Source: a candidate division FCPU426 bacterium
GTDB taxonomy: Bacteria; Oederibacteriota; Muellerivitia; Muellerivitales; Muellerivitaceae
DNA: 64,000 nucleotides
Direction of reading: 5' to 3'
Assembly (NCBI GenBank): GCA_963830915.1
Contig: CAWHOE010000010.1
Span: 1 to 64,000 of the forward strand
Shown here: positions 11,492-21,249 of the stretch, in pieces
Numbering within the stretch: position 1 is the first letter of the stretch
Layout of the letters: the number at the start of each line of letters is the position of its first letter
Position numbers and translations under genes: made by a program
The notes under the pieces: model-generated
Told to the model about the DNA's origin: nothing
The model's input: only the letters and a program-made list of their open reading frames with translations
The model's database searches: none

Positions 11492-14004
11492 AGGCGCCTC
11501 CCCATATTGTCCGATTTGGAAAGGGTGGTCGGGAAGACCAAGTAAGCCATGACGTAAAGGGTAAGGCTCAATAAGATCAGCGACCGGTACCCGGCCGAGA
11601 TGGCCATCAGGTTGGCCAGGGGCGTGGCCACAACCGAGAAGGCCCCGTTCAAGGCCCAGGCCCAGGGAATCAGTCCGCTGTCACGGGGAAGCCGGGTGAG
11701 CCCCAGAGGGAAAAAGAATCCCAAGGGGATGGAGGCCAGGGCCGACCAGGCGCCGAGGAAAAGGCATTTCATCTGCAAAGGCCAGGACAGCAGGGCACAC
11801 AGGATTGGATCCAGCAATGCCAGGGTCAGGAGGAACCAGAGGCCCAGCCCGATGGCCGCGGGACGAAGGACTTCCCGGGGCTGGCTCAAGAAACTTCCCG
11901 ACATCCAGCTACCCAATCCGGAAAAGACCAGCATGGCGCAGAGCACCAGGGAGAAGGCGATGGTCCGGTCCCCCAGGAAATAGGCGCCCTTCTCGATGAG
12001 CACGATCTCGATGAACAAGAATCCCAAGCCCAAGCAGGAAAAATAGACCAGGGTCTTGCCTAGTTGGGGCAGTGGGACCGCTCCACGGGCCCGCCCCAAC
12101 AAAGGCAGGGCCAGGACCAGCAGGGCCCAGAGCAGGGATTGGGGCAGGACTGCCAGGTTGATCAGGTAGCCGATCTCTTCCCGGGGTATCTGGGAGAGGT
12201 TGTCCAGGATCTCCTTCAGGTGGGACGGGCGAAGGATGGAGAAAAAGAAGGGCCGGTCCAGGGTGGAGGGCTGGAGGTTGAAGAAGTGGTCTTTCAAGAA
12301 ATCCTGTCCCTGAGGCGAGAGCAATTTGACACTATCCTCCATCAAGGAGTCGGTGGCTTCCTGGGGCGCTGAGATCTGGTCGTTGGTCCCGGACCAGACG
12401 GTGGGAGGCAGGTCGTTGAAGATCTCGGTGGTTCCGGCGCCAGGCACCAGCCCCGGGTAATAGGAAATGTCGAAGGACCGGCTGTCGCAGAAGCTCTTGA
12501 GCGCGTCGATCTTATCTTCTGTCCAGGGGTCTTTGGACATCAGAAGGCGGACGTTCCAGGCGGAGCGGTAAAGGACCAGTCGGGTCTGGGGGTCCTTGAT
12601 GCCCAAACCTAACAATGCCTGCTTGGCTGTTTCCAGGAGTTTGAGGGCGTAGACCGTGAACTCGCGTGTACTTACGGGTAGGGAAACCAAACCGCCAGGA
12701 TTCAGGGATTTCCAGTAGGTCTTCAGGGCCTCCCGGGTATAGGCGTATTTGTTCGCGTCGGCCTGGCCGAGGAACTCGGAAGACAGGTCGATGATGTCGA
12801 AGCCCTTCTTCGAGCCAGTCAGGTAAGATTCGGGGGCCTGGCGCAAAAGCTGGACCCTGGGGTCCTTCAGCCAATTCTTCTCGCAGGACGCCAGGGAACC
12901 TCTCATGATGTTCAGCAGATTCGGGTCGCTTTCCAGGGCCACCAGTTCGGATGCGCCGAAATTCAGGGTCTCGCCGATTCGGAAGCCTCCCCGGGTACCG
13001 ATCAGGAGCGCCCGGCTTTGGGGCTTGAGGATATAGGGGAAGATGTCCAGGCTTCCCTTGGCGTAGGAGAAATCGGTCTTGGCGTTCCGGGGGAAGGAGC
13101 CGATACGGTTCCCATCCAAGTAGAGGCCGTAGGCCTTGGGAGGTCCGTCCACTTTCAGCAAAACATAGTTGTTGGACAGGTCAATATCCAATCTCTCAGT
13201 GAAGTTGTCCAGAAGCAGGTAATAACCCCAGGGTGAGTAGATCCTTTGCCGGATATGGGCGTCGGCCACGTTCAGGGCGGGGGTTATCATCTTGTATTGG
13301 CAGAAATGGGATTTATTGAATTTCACAGCGGAGAACTCACTGGCCACGAGCATCAGGGCCACGACCACCGCCCATTTCCAGAGCTTGGCCTCGAAACGGG
13401 CCCGGTAAAGGGCCGCCAGGGCGGCCAGGGACCAGAAGGGGATGAGGGTGCACAAAAGGTAGAAAGGATTGACCCAGAACATGGCCGCCAGCATGGCCAG
13501 GGCCCCAAAGCCCGCGCCCACCAGGTCGGCGGCGTAGACCGCCCCGATCTTCTCGTTGGTCAGGGCCAGGAAGCTCAGGCTGATATAAAGGCCTGACAGG
13601 AAAAAGACCGGGAATAGAGCCCCGTAATACTTGGAGATGTTCTGGAATTGGTCCATCCAGAGGTTGGTGTCCTGAAGTTCCAGGGGATTGAAGGGGTTCT
13701 GGGTCACCAGGTAAAAGCCCAGGCAGGCCAGGAGAGGCAGGACCAACGGGATGAAGAACAGGAAGCGGTGGGCCCGGCGAAAGAAGAAGTCCTTGAACAG
13801 GCTCAGGGCCACCCCGCTGGCGGAATAGCCTGCCATGGCGATGGAAATGACCCAGTAGCCGTACTCCGACCAGCTGGCGATGGAGAAGTAGCGGGTAAGC
13901 ATGATCTCGAAGCCGATGCTGGCCGAGGAGACGGCGAACAGTGCCCAGAGCAACTGGCGGTTGGGTTTGGAGAGCTGGTAACGGCTGTCGAATTTAGGGG
14001 TCAT
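11488..14004 (-). CDS. Multi-pass membrane protein with central spermidine-synthase-like SAM-binding domain
   Basis: N- and C-terminal TM blocks (FEIMLTR, LGLGFLFIEI, PWAWALNGAFSV); central LLIGTRGG, FDII, YTREAL...LNPGG; 4-bp overlaps with both neighbours. Confidence 0.85.
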   Translation of the reverse strand: MTPKFDSRYQLSKPNRQLLWALFAVSSASIGFEIMLTRYFSIASWSEYGYWVISIAMAGYSASGVALSLFKDFFFRRAHRFLFFIPLVLPLLACLGFYLVTQNPFNPLELQDTNLWMDQFQNISKYYGALFPVFFLSGLYISLSFLALTNEKIGAVYAADLVGAGFGALAMLAAMFWVNPFYLLCTLIPFWSLAALAALYRARFEAKLWKWAVVVALMLVASEFSAVKFNKSHFCQYKMITPALNVADAHIRQRIYSPWGYYLLLDNFTERLDIDLSNNYVLLKVDGPPKAYGLYLDGNRIGSFPRNAKTDFSYAKGSLDIFPYILKPQSRALLIGTRGGFRIGETLNFGASELVALESDPNLLNIMRGSLASCEKNWLKDPRVQLLRQAPESYLTGSKKGFDIIDLSSEFLGQADANKYAYTREALKTYWKSLNPGGLVSLPVSTREFTVYALKLLETAKQALLGLGIKDPQTRLVLYRSAWNVRLLMSKDPWTEDKIDALKSFCDSRSFDISYYPGLVPGAGTTEIFNDLPPTVWSGTNDQISAPQEATDSLMEDSVKLLSPQGQDFLKDHFFNLQPSTLDRPFFFSILRPSHLKEILDNLSQIPREEIGYLINLAVLPQSLLWALLVLALPLLGRARGAVPLPQLGKTLVYFSCLGLGFLFIEIVLIEKGAYFLGDRTIAFSLVLCAMLVFSGLGSWMSGSFLSQPREVLRPAAIGLGLWFLLTLALLDPILCALLSWPLQMKCLFLGAWSALASIPLGFFFPLGLTRLPRDSGLIPWAWALNGAFSVVATPLANLMAISAGYRSLILLSLTLYVMAYLVFPTTLSKSDNMGRRL

Positions 14005-16271
14005 TTTGGGTTCGCTAACCAGGAATGAGTGGTCTGCTTTTTACTTGTTTCAGGCAGTCCCGCCGGGTAAAGGGCCGACTTGGCCAGGAAATCCCGAAGG
14101 GTCTGGTTGAAATGGTCGGCATCGTCATAGAAAAGGGCATGGCCGGCCTGGGGGAAGAATTCCACGCGGGCCAAGGGGTCCGCTTGGAGAAGATAGGCCG
14201 CCTGGGAAGTGTATTTGGACGTGACCGCGTAAAGCAAGGGGACCTGGCGCATGGTGACCAGGCTGGGTTGCCAGGGATCGCCCGGAAAAGCGTTGTTCAT
14301 CAAGGCCAAAGCGATATCGGTGGGGGTCTTCATGGCGGATGCGACCAATTCATGGAAGAAATCCACCGGCGGGGATGTCTTGAAGAGGCTCCAGATAAAG
14401 CTCCGAGTAGCTGTTGGTCGGTCCTTTTGGAACTGCTCGAGGAAACGAGCTCGAGGGGCGGTGCTGGTGGCGCTGGAAGAGGCGGCCAGTGCCGAATCCA
14501 CTAGCACTGCGGCGTAGAGGCGGTCGGTTCCGAATTCCCCCATATAGGCCAGAACTTGGAAGCCCCCGTGGGACCAGCCCACCAGGACCGCCGAGGTCAA
14601 GCCCAAATGGTCCAACAGTTCCTGGATGTCCCTGGCCTGTCGCACCGGGTCGTCTCCCTGAGCGGTGATGTCTGACTCGCCCTGGGAACGGGGGTCCAGC
14701 GCGATCACATGATAGTCGCTGGAGAGCCCTTCTAGCTGGGCTTTCCAGATCTTGGCTGGCAGGAGCCAGCCTGGGATCAGGACGATGGCCAATCCCTGTC
14801 CTGATTCCAGGTAATGGAGTTTCACATGGTCACTGGTGGTGAAGGATCCCTCTTGGACGGGATTTTCTTCGGATGGGGATGATTCGGCGGGGGACGGTTT
14901 AACCGAAGGAGGGATGGGGGTGAATGTCGGTAGGGGCGTGGGTGGGGCGGCTACGCCTTTGAGATGGGAAAGGGTCTTGGAAAACCAACTCGAGAATGAG
15001 GAGGGCGTGGTGGGGGTTAGGGTGGGCTGAGAGGGACTGGTTGGAACCGGAGTTACAGGTTGTGTCACGACCGAAGGAACGACAGTCTGGGAAGATGTGC
15101 TTTCGAACGGTGTACCGGAATATGAGGGTGGAACAGTGAGCGCTGGAGACGCCATGGCGGTCGGGGGGGATGAGATCGGTAGGGGTGTGGCCGTATCGGT
15201 CGAGGTAAAGGTCGAGGTAGGGATAGGAAGCGGGATGTCCCCGGAAGCCGGGGTTAGAAGGGGAGTGGGGGACGGTTGGATCGAATTCGGGAGGGTAGTT
15301 GTTTCCGAAGTGGGGGAAGGGAATACGGGGACTGAACTTAAACTTTTCAATTTGTGGAGCGACGGTCTGTGGGATTCGGGCAGGCCGGGCGGATAAAAGG
15401 AAGCCTGACGCAGGAAATCCCGGATCAAGGCGTTGAAACGGACCGATTCATCCACGAATAAGGCGTGGCCTGAATCGGGGAAGGTTTCCACCCGAGCCTG
15501 GGGGTCGGCTTTTAATAGGTAAGCGGCCTGGGACGCGTATTTGGGTGTGATGGCGTAAAGCAGGGAAACCTGGCGAAGGGAGGAAAGGGAGGGCGCCCAG
15601 GTCTCGCCCGGCTGGGTATTGTCCAGCGTTGCCAGGGCGATGTCGGTGGGGACGCGGTCTGCCGCCTTCAGGAGGGGTTTATAAAATCCCTTGGGTGCCT
15701 GTTTCTTGAACAGGCTCCAGACATAGTTGCGGTCGGCGTTCATCCGGTCGGTTTGGAATAGTTTCAGGAAGGGCACCCGTTGGGTGGGCGCGTGTCCGGA
15801 GGGCGCGGCCAGGGGACTGTCGACCAGGACCAGGGCGTTGAGCCTGTCGGTACCGAACTGACGCAGGTAGGCGAGGGCGTCGAAGGCCCCCAGGGACCAA
15901 CCCACCAGGACGACCGAATTGAGGTGGAGGTTGTCAAGCAGTTCGCGGATATCCATGGCGCGTCGAAGGGGGTCGTTGCCCAATGGGGTGAAGTCGGACC
16001 AGCCCTGGGAGCGGGGGTCCAGGGTGATGACCCGGTGGTCCTGGGAAAGGTCCTTGATCTGCAAGGTCCAGACCTCGGAGGGCATCAGCCAACCAGGGAT
16101 GAAAAGGATGGACTCTCCCCGGCCGGCCTGGAGGTAGCGGAGCTTCACCCCGTCGCTGGTGATGAAGGTGCCCTGCTCGGGAGAAACCTGGGCGAATAAG
16201 GGCAAGACTGTCATAAATAGGAGCGTGAGGATCGATGGGATGATGGTTTTGGACCGTGCGATGGAAAGCAT
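14001..16271 (-). CDS. Exported tandem alpha/beta hydrolase (two non-heme chloroperoxidase/esterase-like domains joined by a Pro/Ser/Thr linker)
   Basis: Two copies of IPGWL...DPRSQG...LVGWS[LH]G...GHALF. ATG at 16271 has a GAGGAAAGG RBS and is followed by a signal-like segment. Confidence 0.85.
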   Translation of the reverse strand: MLSIARSKTIIPSILTLLFMTVLPLFAQVSPEQGTFITSDGVKLRYLQAGRGESILFIPGWLMPSEVWTLQIKDLSQDHRVITLDPRSQGWSDFTPLGNDPLRRAMDIRELLDNLHLNSVVLVGWSLGAFDALAYLRQFGTDRLNALVLVDSPLAAPSGHAPTQRVPFLKLFQTDRMNADRNYVWSLFKKQAPKGFYKPLLKAADRVPTDIALATLDNTQPGETWAPSLSSLRQVSLLYAITPKYASQAAYLLKADPQARVETFPDSGHALFVDESVRFNALIRDFLRQASFYPPGLPESHRPSLHKLKSLSSVPVFPSPTSETTTLPNSIQPSPTPLLTPASGDIPLPIPTSTFTSTDTATPLPISSPPTAMASPALTVPPSYSGTPFESTSSQTVVPSVVTQPVTPVPTSPSQPTLTPTTPSSFSSWFSKTLSHLKGVAAPPTPLPTFTPIPPSVKPSPAESSPSEENPVQEGSFTTSDHVKLHYLESGQGLAIVLIPGWLLPAKIWKAQLEGLSSDYHVIALDPRSQGESDITAQGDDPVRQARDIQELLDHLGLTSAVLVGWSHGGFQVLAYMGEFGTDRLYAAVLVDSALAASSSATSTAPRARFLEQFQKDRPTATRSFIWSLFKTSPPVDFFHELVASAMKTPTDIALALMNNAFPGDPWQPSLVTMRQVPLLYAVTSKYTSQAAYLLQADPLARVEFFPQAGHALFYDDADHFNQTLRDFLAKSALYPAGLPETSKKQTTHSWLANPK

Positions 16272-16471
16272 CCTTTCCTCTAACCATGTAGTGGTCTGAA
16301 AACCCAAGCGGCGGAATGAGTTTACCATCTCTCTGGAAATAGGAAGAAGGCTTTTGAACTTTGACTCTTGGTTCCTCTCCAAGGCTTAAGGAGATGGTGG
16401 CATCCCGGTAAACGGAGAACCATTGGGATTTGGGACCAGGGAACGGCAAGTGATAAGGGAGGCGGTAAAAC

Positions 16472-17221
16472 TTAATACTTGATGTGCGAGATTGCCTTAA
16501 GTTTGGCCCTGGCGGTCTTGATCTTGTCCTGCGCGGCCAGATTGCTCGGGTCTTCTTGCAGACATTCTTTCCACTTAACAATGGCTTCTTTTACCTGGCC
16601 GTTGATGTAAAGCTGGATACCGTCGTAATAAAGGGCCTTCACCTTGTCAGCATTCACGTCCATGTAGATCTTTGAGACCATCATCAGTTGGGAGCTGAGC
16701 TTCAGCTGGGCCTGGATAGCGTTCTTGGGGTTGATCAAAAGTCCGATATTGTCTCCTTCTTGTACGAACTGGATCATTCCCCCCCTCATGGGGAAGTGGT
16801 CGATCTCGGAGACAGTCAGCAGATTGGCGCCAGACAGATCGGACAATATCTCTCGTACCTTATCCTGCTCGGAGTCGGAGATGAACATCATCTGACAGTT
16901 CCTCAGTGCCTCCAGTTGTTCCTTATCAAAAGAACCGAACCGCTTTACGGTCAGAGGATGACCTTCCGCGGACTTTCCTCTAACCGCGTCATCCAGAGTC
17001 TTGCCAAAGGGATCATCTCCCAAAATTCCCAGGACGAAAGGTGCGTCTTTATCCGTGAAAGCCGCTTTGGGCCAACGCACGAACTGGGTGAAATAGGATA
17101 AATAATCCGCTTTGACGACGTATTCGGACACGTTCGCACCCTGGGCCGTCGCGGCCATTACGATCAAGACCGTGAATAGGATTTTTTTAAAACTTCCCAC
17201 TGGTTCGACCCTTTCCTTCAA
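16472..17221 (-). CDS. YfiR (DUF4154)-family protein with C-terminal TPR
   Basis: EYVVKADYLSYFTQFVRWP, LGILGDDPFG, LLTVSE, GGMIQF, LKLSSQL; then YYDGIQLYINGQVKEAIVKWKECLQEDPSN. Confidence 0.85.
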   Translation of the reverse strand: MKERVEPVGSFKKILFTVLIVMAATAQGANVSEYVVKADYLSYFTQFVRWPKAAFTDKDAPFVLGILGDDPFGKTLDDAVRGKSAEGHPLTVKRFGSFDKEQLEALRNCQMMFISDSEQDKVREILSDLSGANLLTVSEIDHFPMRGGMIQFVQEGDNIGLLINPKNAIQAQLKLSSQLMMVSKIYMDVNADKVKALYYDGIQLYINGQVKEAIVKWKECLQEDPSNLAAQDKIKTARAKLKAISHIKY

Positions 17222-17238
17222 GGCTCATTCCATCAAAT

Positions 17239-19323
17239 CTAAAGCTTGTACCCCAGCCTTCCCCAGATCACCAGACCATCCTGTTGCAGGGTCAGCTGTT
17301 GGAAATCGTTGGAAACGGGCTGGTAATAAGTGGTGTTGAACAAGTTGTAAAAAGCCAGGTTCGCTTCCATGTTGTCCCAGATGAAATGGGGGGAATAGAG
17401 CTTCAGGTTGAAGATCGTGTAATCGGGCGCCCAGGCCCCGGTGAAGCCGTAACTAGCGGCTGTGAACTGACACTCGGCGGCCACGGTCAGGTGTTTGGCG
17501 TCGATGGGCACCTGAAGACTGGCCTTACCCAGGTTCTGCGGAGAGTCGGGAAGGACCTGGCCCGTGATATCGTCCTGAGCCCGTTGATAGGCCCAGCTCA
17601 AGCGGCCCTGAATGCCCCCAGGGTTCTGGTACTGGTATTCCATCTCGATGCCGTTCAAGGAGTCATGACCGACATTCTCATAAATTTGGAAGTCGGTATT
17701 GTTAGGGTCCTGCACGCCCAGGATCAGGTTCTCGCCGACATAATGGTAAAGCGAGAAGAGAACGCGGTGGTTGGTGAGGAAGGACTGTTCCAAGTCGAAT
17801 TCGTAGGTCTCGAAGGTCTCGATTTTCAAGTTGGGATTGGCTTCCTGGCTGTAGCCGTCGGCGTAGTACATTTCATAGTCGTCAGGCGCCCGGAAGGCCT
17901 CGCCCGCCACCAGTTTCAGGACGGTGGTCTGCACTGGGTCCCAGATGAGGGCGCCCCGGGGAACGAATTGTCCGCCGGACTGGGAGAAATAATCGTAACG
18001 ACCGCCCGCGCTCAATAACAGGTTGGATATCAGATTGATATCGTCCTGGGCATAAAGGGACCATTGGGTGGACTGGCGGTTATCATCCACATAAGTGCTA
18101 CCGCCCAGGTCATAATTGTTCTGGAATTGCTGGAAATTATCCACGAATTCCCCGCCCAACGTGACCTTGTTACGAGACAAGGGGGTGAGGACGTATCGGA
18201 GTTCCGCTCCCCACCAGGCTCCGTTCCCGATATCCACATTGGTGGGCTGGCCCGCGGTAGCCGAAGGGTAATTACCGGTATAGTCCGAGGCGTCCACATA
18301 GAGCCGACCCAGCCATTGGCCATTTTCGGGATCGCCGTGTTTGTAGTCGATCTCGCTGAAAAAGGTGTAGTCGTCGGTGTAAACATTGGGATTGTCGAAG
18401 GCTATCCCCATAAAACCAGTGGGTACGTTCTTGTAACGGTGCATGAAAGTTGATTCCAGAGACCAGTCATTCCAGTCCATGGTAAGGAAAGCGTGTTGGG
18501 CGTTCTGACCATCGCAATTTTGGGCGATGCCGTTATTGACGTTTAGGGAAGGGGTGTCGTACTCAGGATAATAGAGACTGGCATTGCCGCCGCTGTAATA
18601 GTAGGAGCCTTGGAGGGTCCACTGGAAACCAGAGTTGGTCTGTCCGCCATATAGGGCCCCGCCCCCGATGGTGTTCAAGCTTCCTCCTTGGGCGGAGAGG
18701 GTCAAACCCTTGACATCCTTCCCTTTTTTCGTGACAACGTTTATTACGCCAAAAACGGCCGAACTGCCGTACAGGACCGAGGCGGGGCCGCGAATGATCT
18801 CCACATGGTCCACCGTGTCCATATCCACCACGGTGTCCTCGCCTGAGTAGAACTCATCGTAGATGTTATCGTTGATCCGGTGGCCGTCGATCAGCAACAA
18901 GATCCGGGAGGCGTACCCACCAAGATTCCCGAGCCCCCGAAGACCGACATAGCTGTAATCACGGTCATAGGTGATGAAGAAACCCCGGACATAATTCAAT
19001 AGATCGTCCAGGGTACGGAATCCCCCGACTTTGATCTCGGTGGAGGTCAGGATGGTGGTGGAGCCGGGAGCGTCGGTGGTCTTTTCCTCGCTCTTAGAGG
19101 CGGGATAAACAACCTCGGTGTTGTGAAGAGATTCAAGGCTATTAGAGCCGTCTGAGACGGAGGCGGATGGAGTTGTCGCGATGTCCGTGTCGTCGGAGGA
19201 GTCATCGTCGGAGAGGGTCGAAGAGGCTGCCCAGGTGAATGACGGGTTCATTAGAGGGATGAAAGTTGAAACCAACAGGCTATATACAAACAAGAAAATA
19301 GAGATAGACTTCCATTTAAACAT
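17239..19323 (-). CDS. TonB-dependent receptor
   Basis: Plug motifs LLLIDG and VEIIRGPASVLYGSSAVFGVINVVTK; C-terminal NLFNTTY...GRLGYKL. Confidence 0.92.
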   Translation of the reverse strand: MFKWKSISIFLFVYSLLVSTFIPLMNPSFTWAASSTLSDDDSSDDTDIATTPSASVSDGSNSLESLHNTEVVYPASKSEEKTTDAPGSTTILTSTEIKVGGFRTLDDLLNYVRGFFITYDRDYSYVGLRGLGNLGGYASRILLLIDGHRINDNIYDEFYSGEDTVVDMDTVDHVEIIRGPASVLYGSSAVFGVINVVTKKGKDVKGLTLSAQGGSLNTIGGGALYGGQTNSGFQWTLQGSYYYSGGNASLYYPEYDTPSLNVNNGIAQNCDGQNAQHAFLTMDWNDWSLESTFMHRYKNVPTGFMGIAFDNPNVYTDDYTFFSEIDYKHGDPENGQWLGRLYVDASDYTGNYPSATAGQPTNVDIGNGAWWGAELRYVLTPLSRNKVTLGGEFVDNFQQFQNNYDLGGSTYVDDNRQSTQWSLYAQDDINLISNLLLSAGGRYDYFSQSGGQFVPRGALIWDPVQTTVLKLVAGEAFRAPDDYEMYYADGYSQEANPNLKIETFETYEFDLEQSFLTNHRVLFSLYHYVGENLILGVQDPNNTDFQIYENVGHDSLNGIEMEYQYQNPGGIQGRLSWAYQRAQDDITGQVLPDSPQNLGKASLQVPIDAKHLTVAAECQFTAASYGFTGAWAPDYTIFNLKLYSPHFIWDNMEANLAFYNLFNTTYYQPVSNDFQQLTLQQDGLVIWGRLGYKL

Positions 19324-19696
19324 TCAAAAACCCCCGCGTGTTGGTTCCCGCCGGTTTCAATCGTTGGGAAAAGCGAAGCACTTTCTAAAGCCTGAAAACA
19401 AGACCTAGAACGTTTTAATGACGGGTTGCTTGTGTGGGCACATAGCCGGAAAAGCGTTTAAAATCTCGCTCATTATATATTTCGAGAATTGGTTTGCCTA
19501 TCTCATAGTGGATGGGTGGAGGAAAAGGTTCAGATGAACATTTGGATAATAAACATAGTTGTAATAAGGATTTCGAGTGAAAACCCTTTTCCTCTGTTTT
19601 TTTGTCTCGTCGTCTTGTGTTCCATTTGGCGGAATTCGAGGGATAATAAAGGCAGGGGAGAAACGGGGAGTTTTCAATCACTATAAGGAAGGTCCC

Positions 19697-20230
19697 ATGG
19701 ATATCCTCTGTGAGCATTGCCATAAGGTCGTTGGAAGCGTTGTACACCATACCGATCCCAACCTCGGTCCCACCCTTTGCCCCGAATGCGGGGACCATTT
19801 CCTCGCCGAATATGGCGGGGTTTCCCTCGGCGAATACCTGGACAAGTTCGAGGAACCCATGATGGTCTTCAATGATGACCTGCGGGTCGTGGCCTGCAAC
19901 CGAAAGGGCCGCGCCGAGGTCCATGCCCCTTACGCCCGTCCCTTCGGACTGAAGAACGGGCATTTCCTGGATTGCCGCAACGCTGTCATGGGCGGGGTTT
20001 GCGGTCAGACCCCTGATTGCCCCCAGTGCGGCATCCGCAATTCGGTCACCCAGACCCTGAAGACCGGGGAATCGGTCGAGAATCTCCCGGCGTCACTGAC
20101 CAGGGCAGGGCAGGATGGGATCCATACCCACGAGTGGAGCGTTTCCACCCGTAAGGTCGGGAATACGGTCCATCTCAAACTGCGTAAACCATCGGCGCAG
20201 GTCCATGGGGCTCAGTTCCGAAGGGTCTGA
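19697..20230 (+). CDS. Cys-rich protein: N-terminal CxxC...CxxC knuckle plus PAS-like domain with four further Cys
   Basis: ATG at 19697 after AAGGAAGG; CEHC, CPEC, PMMVFNDDLRVVACN, C-x8-CG-x4-CxxC-IRNSV. Confidence 0.7.
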   Translation: MDILCEHCHKVVGSVVHHTDPNLGPTLCPECGDHFLAEYGGVSLGEYLDKFEEPMMVFNDDLRVVACNRKGRAEVHAPYARPFGLKNGHFLDCRNAVMGGVCGQTPDCPQCGIRNSVTQTLKTGESVENLPASLTRAGQDGIHTHEWSVSTRKVGNTVHLKLRKPSAQVHGAQFRRV

Positions 20231-20257
20231 GGGGAGATTCAGGTAAACGGTTCAACG

Positions 20258-20294
20258 AAGCCTCGCTGATTTAACAGTGAGGCTTTTTCTTTTT
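20258..20294 (+). terminator. Intrinsic terminator
   Basis: AAGCCTCGCTG/CAGTGAGGCTT stem plus T-rich tail. Confidence 0.75.
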
Positions 20295-20375
20295 ACGGAT
20301 TTAAGTTGTAATATAGTTCGGCGGAGAGCGCAACCGACGGTACGGAATGGTCAGTTTTAATTCCGGGAGGTCTCG

Positions 20376-20750
20376 ATGAGAGAAGCCAACCTATCGATGG
20401 AAAGAAGGACCAGTCCCAGGGTTTCGATCAAGACGCCGGTTAAGTACCGGCTGGAAGAGGACCAGAAGATATTCCGGACCATCGAGGAATGGCGCAATTC
20501 AGGGCAAAACGCCACGGCGTTGGACCTGAGCCTGGAGGGTATGTGCATCGTGGTGGATAAACCCATCCGGGTGGGCGAGGTCCTCTGTCTGGAGATACAC
20601 TGCCTGTCGGAGGATAAAACCCTGACCGTTTACGCCTCGGTTCGTTGGGCCAATTGCAAGGGAGCTGGACTTCGCTTCCTGATGATGAAGGACGATGAGG
20701 TCGATTGCTTGAAGTCCCTCCTGGAAAGATCCTCAGTAGCCCTGAAATGA
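20376..20750 (+). CDS. Stand-alone PilZ-domain protein
   Basis: ERRTSPR (RxxxR) and DLSLEG (DxSxxG) motifs; VRW...GLRF. Confidence 0.9.
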   Translation: MREANLSMERRTSPRVSIKTPVKYRLEEDQKIFRTIEEWRNSGQNATALDLSLEGMCIVVDKPIRVGEVLCLEIHCLSEDKTLTVYASVRWANCKGAGLRFLMMKDDEVDCLKSLLERSSVALK

Positions 20751-20793
20751 GGTCCGCCTGATCCTGAAGAGACACACCTGAGAGAGGTTTATC

Positions 20794-21249
20794 GTGTCGA
20801 AGATATTCAAGCTCTATGTCCCGCCCGAATATACCTTCGAGAATTATTTTTGTCCTAGGATCGTGAACCGGGAAATGGAATGTTTCGACGTGGACCACAA
20901 AAGGCATGGTTTCCAGCGAAAGGGTAATAATCATCTGGTCCTATTCCTAGACCTTCAAATGAAAATGGCCACCGCCGAGTTCCTCCAAGGCTGCGGCGAA
21001 GGGGCCGATGAGTTCCATCTGAAAACCCTCGAGGATATTGAGCTTTTCAAGAATGTCTTTGAAGGCCAAAAAGAAGTGGCGGTTTATTCCCTGGCCTACC
21101 AGGCCCGCATGTCGGTCATCGCCTGGAAGATGATCATGGAAGTAGCGGAAAATGAGCAGGTGTTGGTAGTGGATGATTCAGGAAAATTGATGAGGGGCCC
21201 GGAATGCGTCGAGGAACATAAACGGCTCATGGTCCCGGAGAATGCCTGA
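20794..21249 (+). CDS. Hypothetical protein
   Basis: GTG start after GAGAGG; overlaps the next gene by 8 bp. Confidence 0.6.
   Translation: MSKIFKLYVPPEYTFENYFCPRIVNREMECFDVDHKRHGFQRKGNNHLVLFLDLQMKMATAEFLQGCGEGADEFHLKTLEDIELFKNVFEGQKEVAVYSLAYQARMSVIAWKMIMEVAENEQVLVVDDSGKLMRGPECVEEHKRLMVPENA

Noticed and set aside
19440..19500. GGCAAACC...GAAA on the minus strand, resembling a c-di-GMP-I riboswitch upstream of the TBDR
   Set aside because: No stem closes the GAAA loop and the GACGCAAA element is absent.
19709..19723. CEHCH as a c-type heme motif
   Set aside because: It is at the extreme N-terminus with no signal peptide and pairs with a second CxxC, fitting a metal knuckle better.
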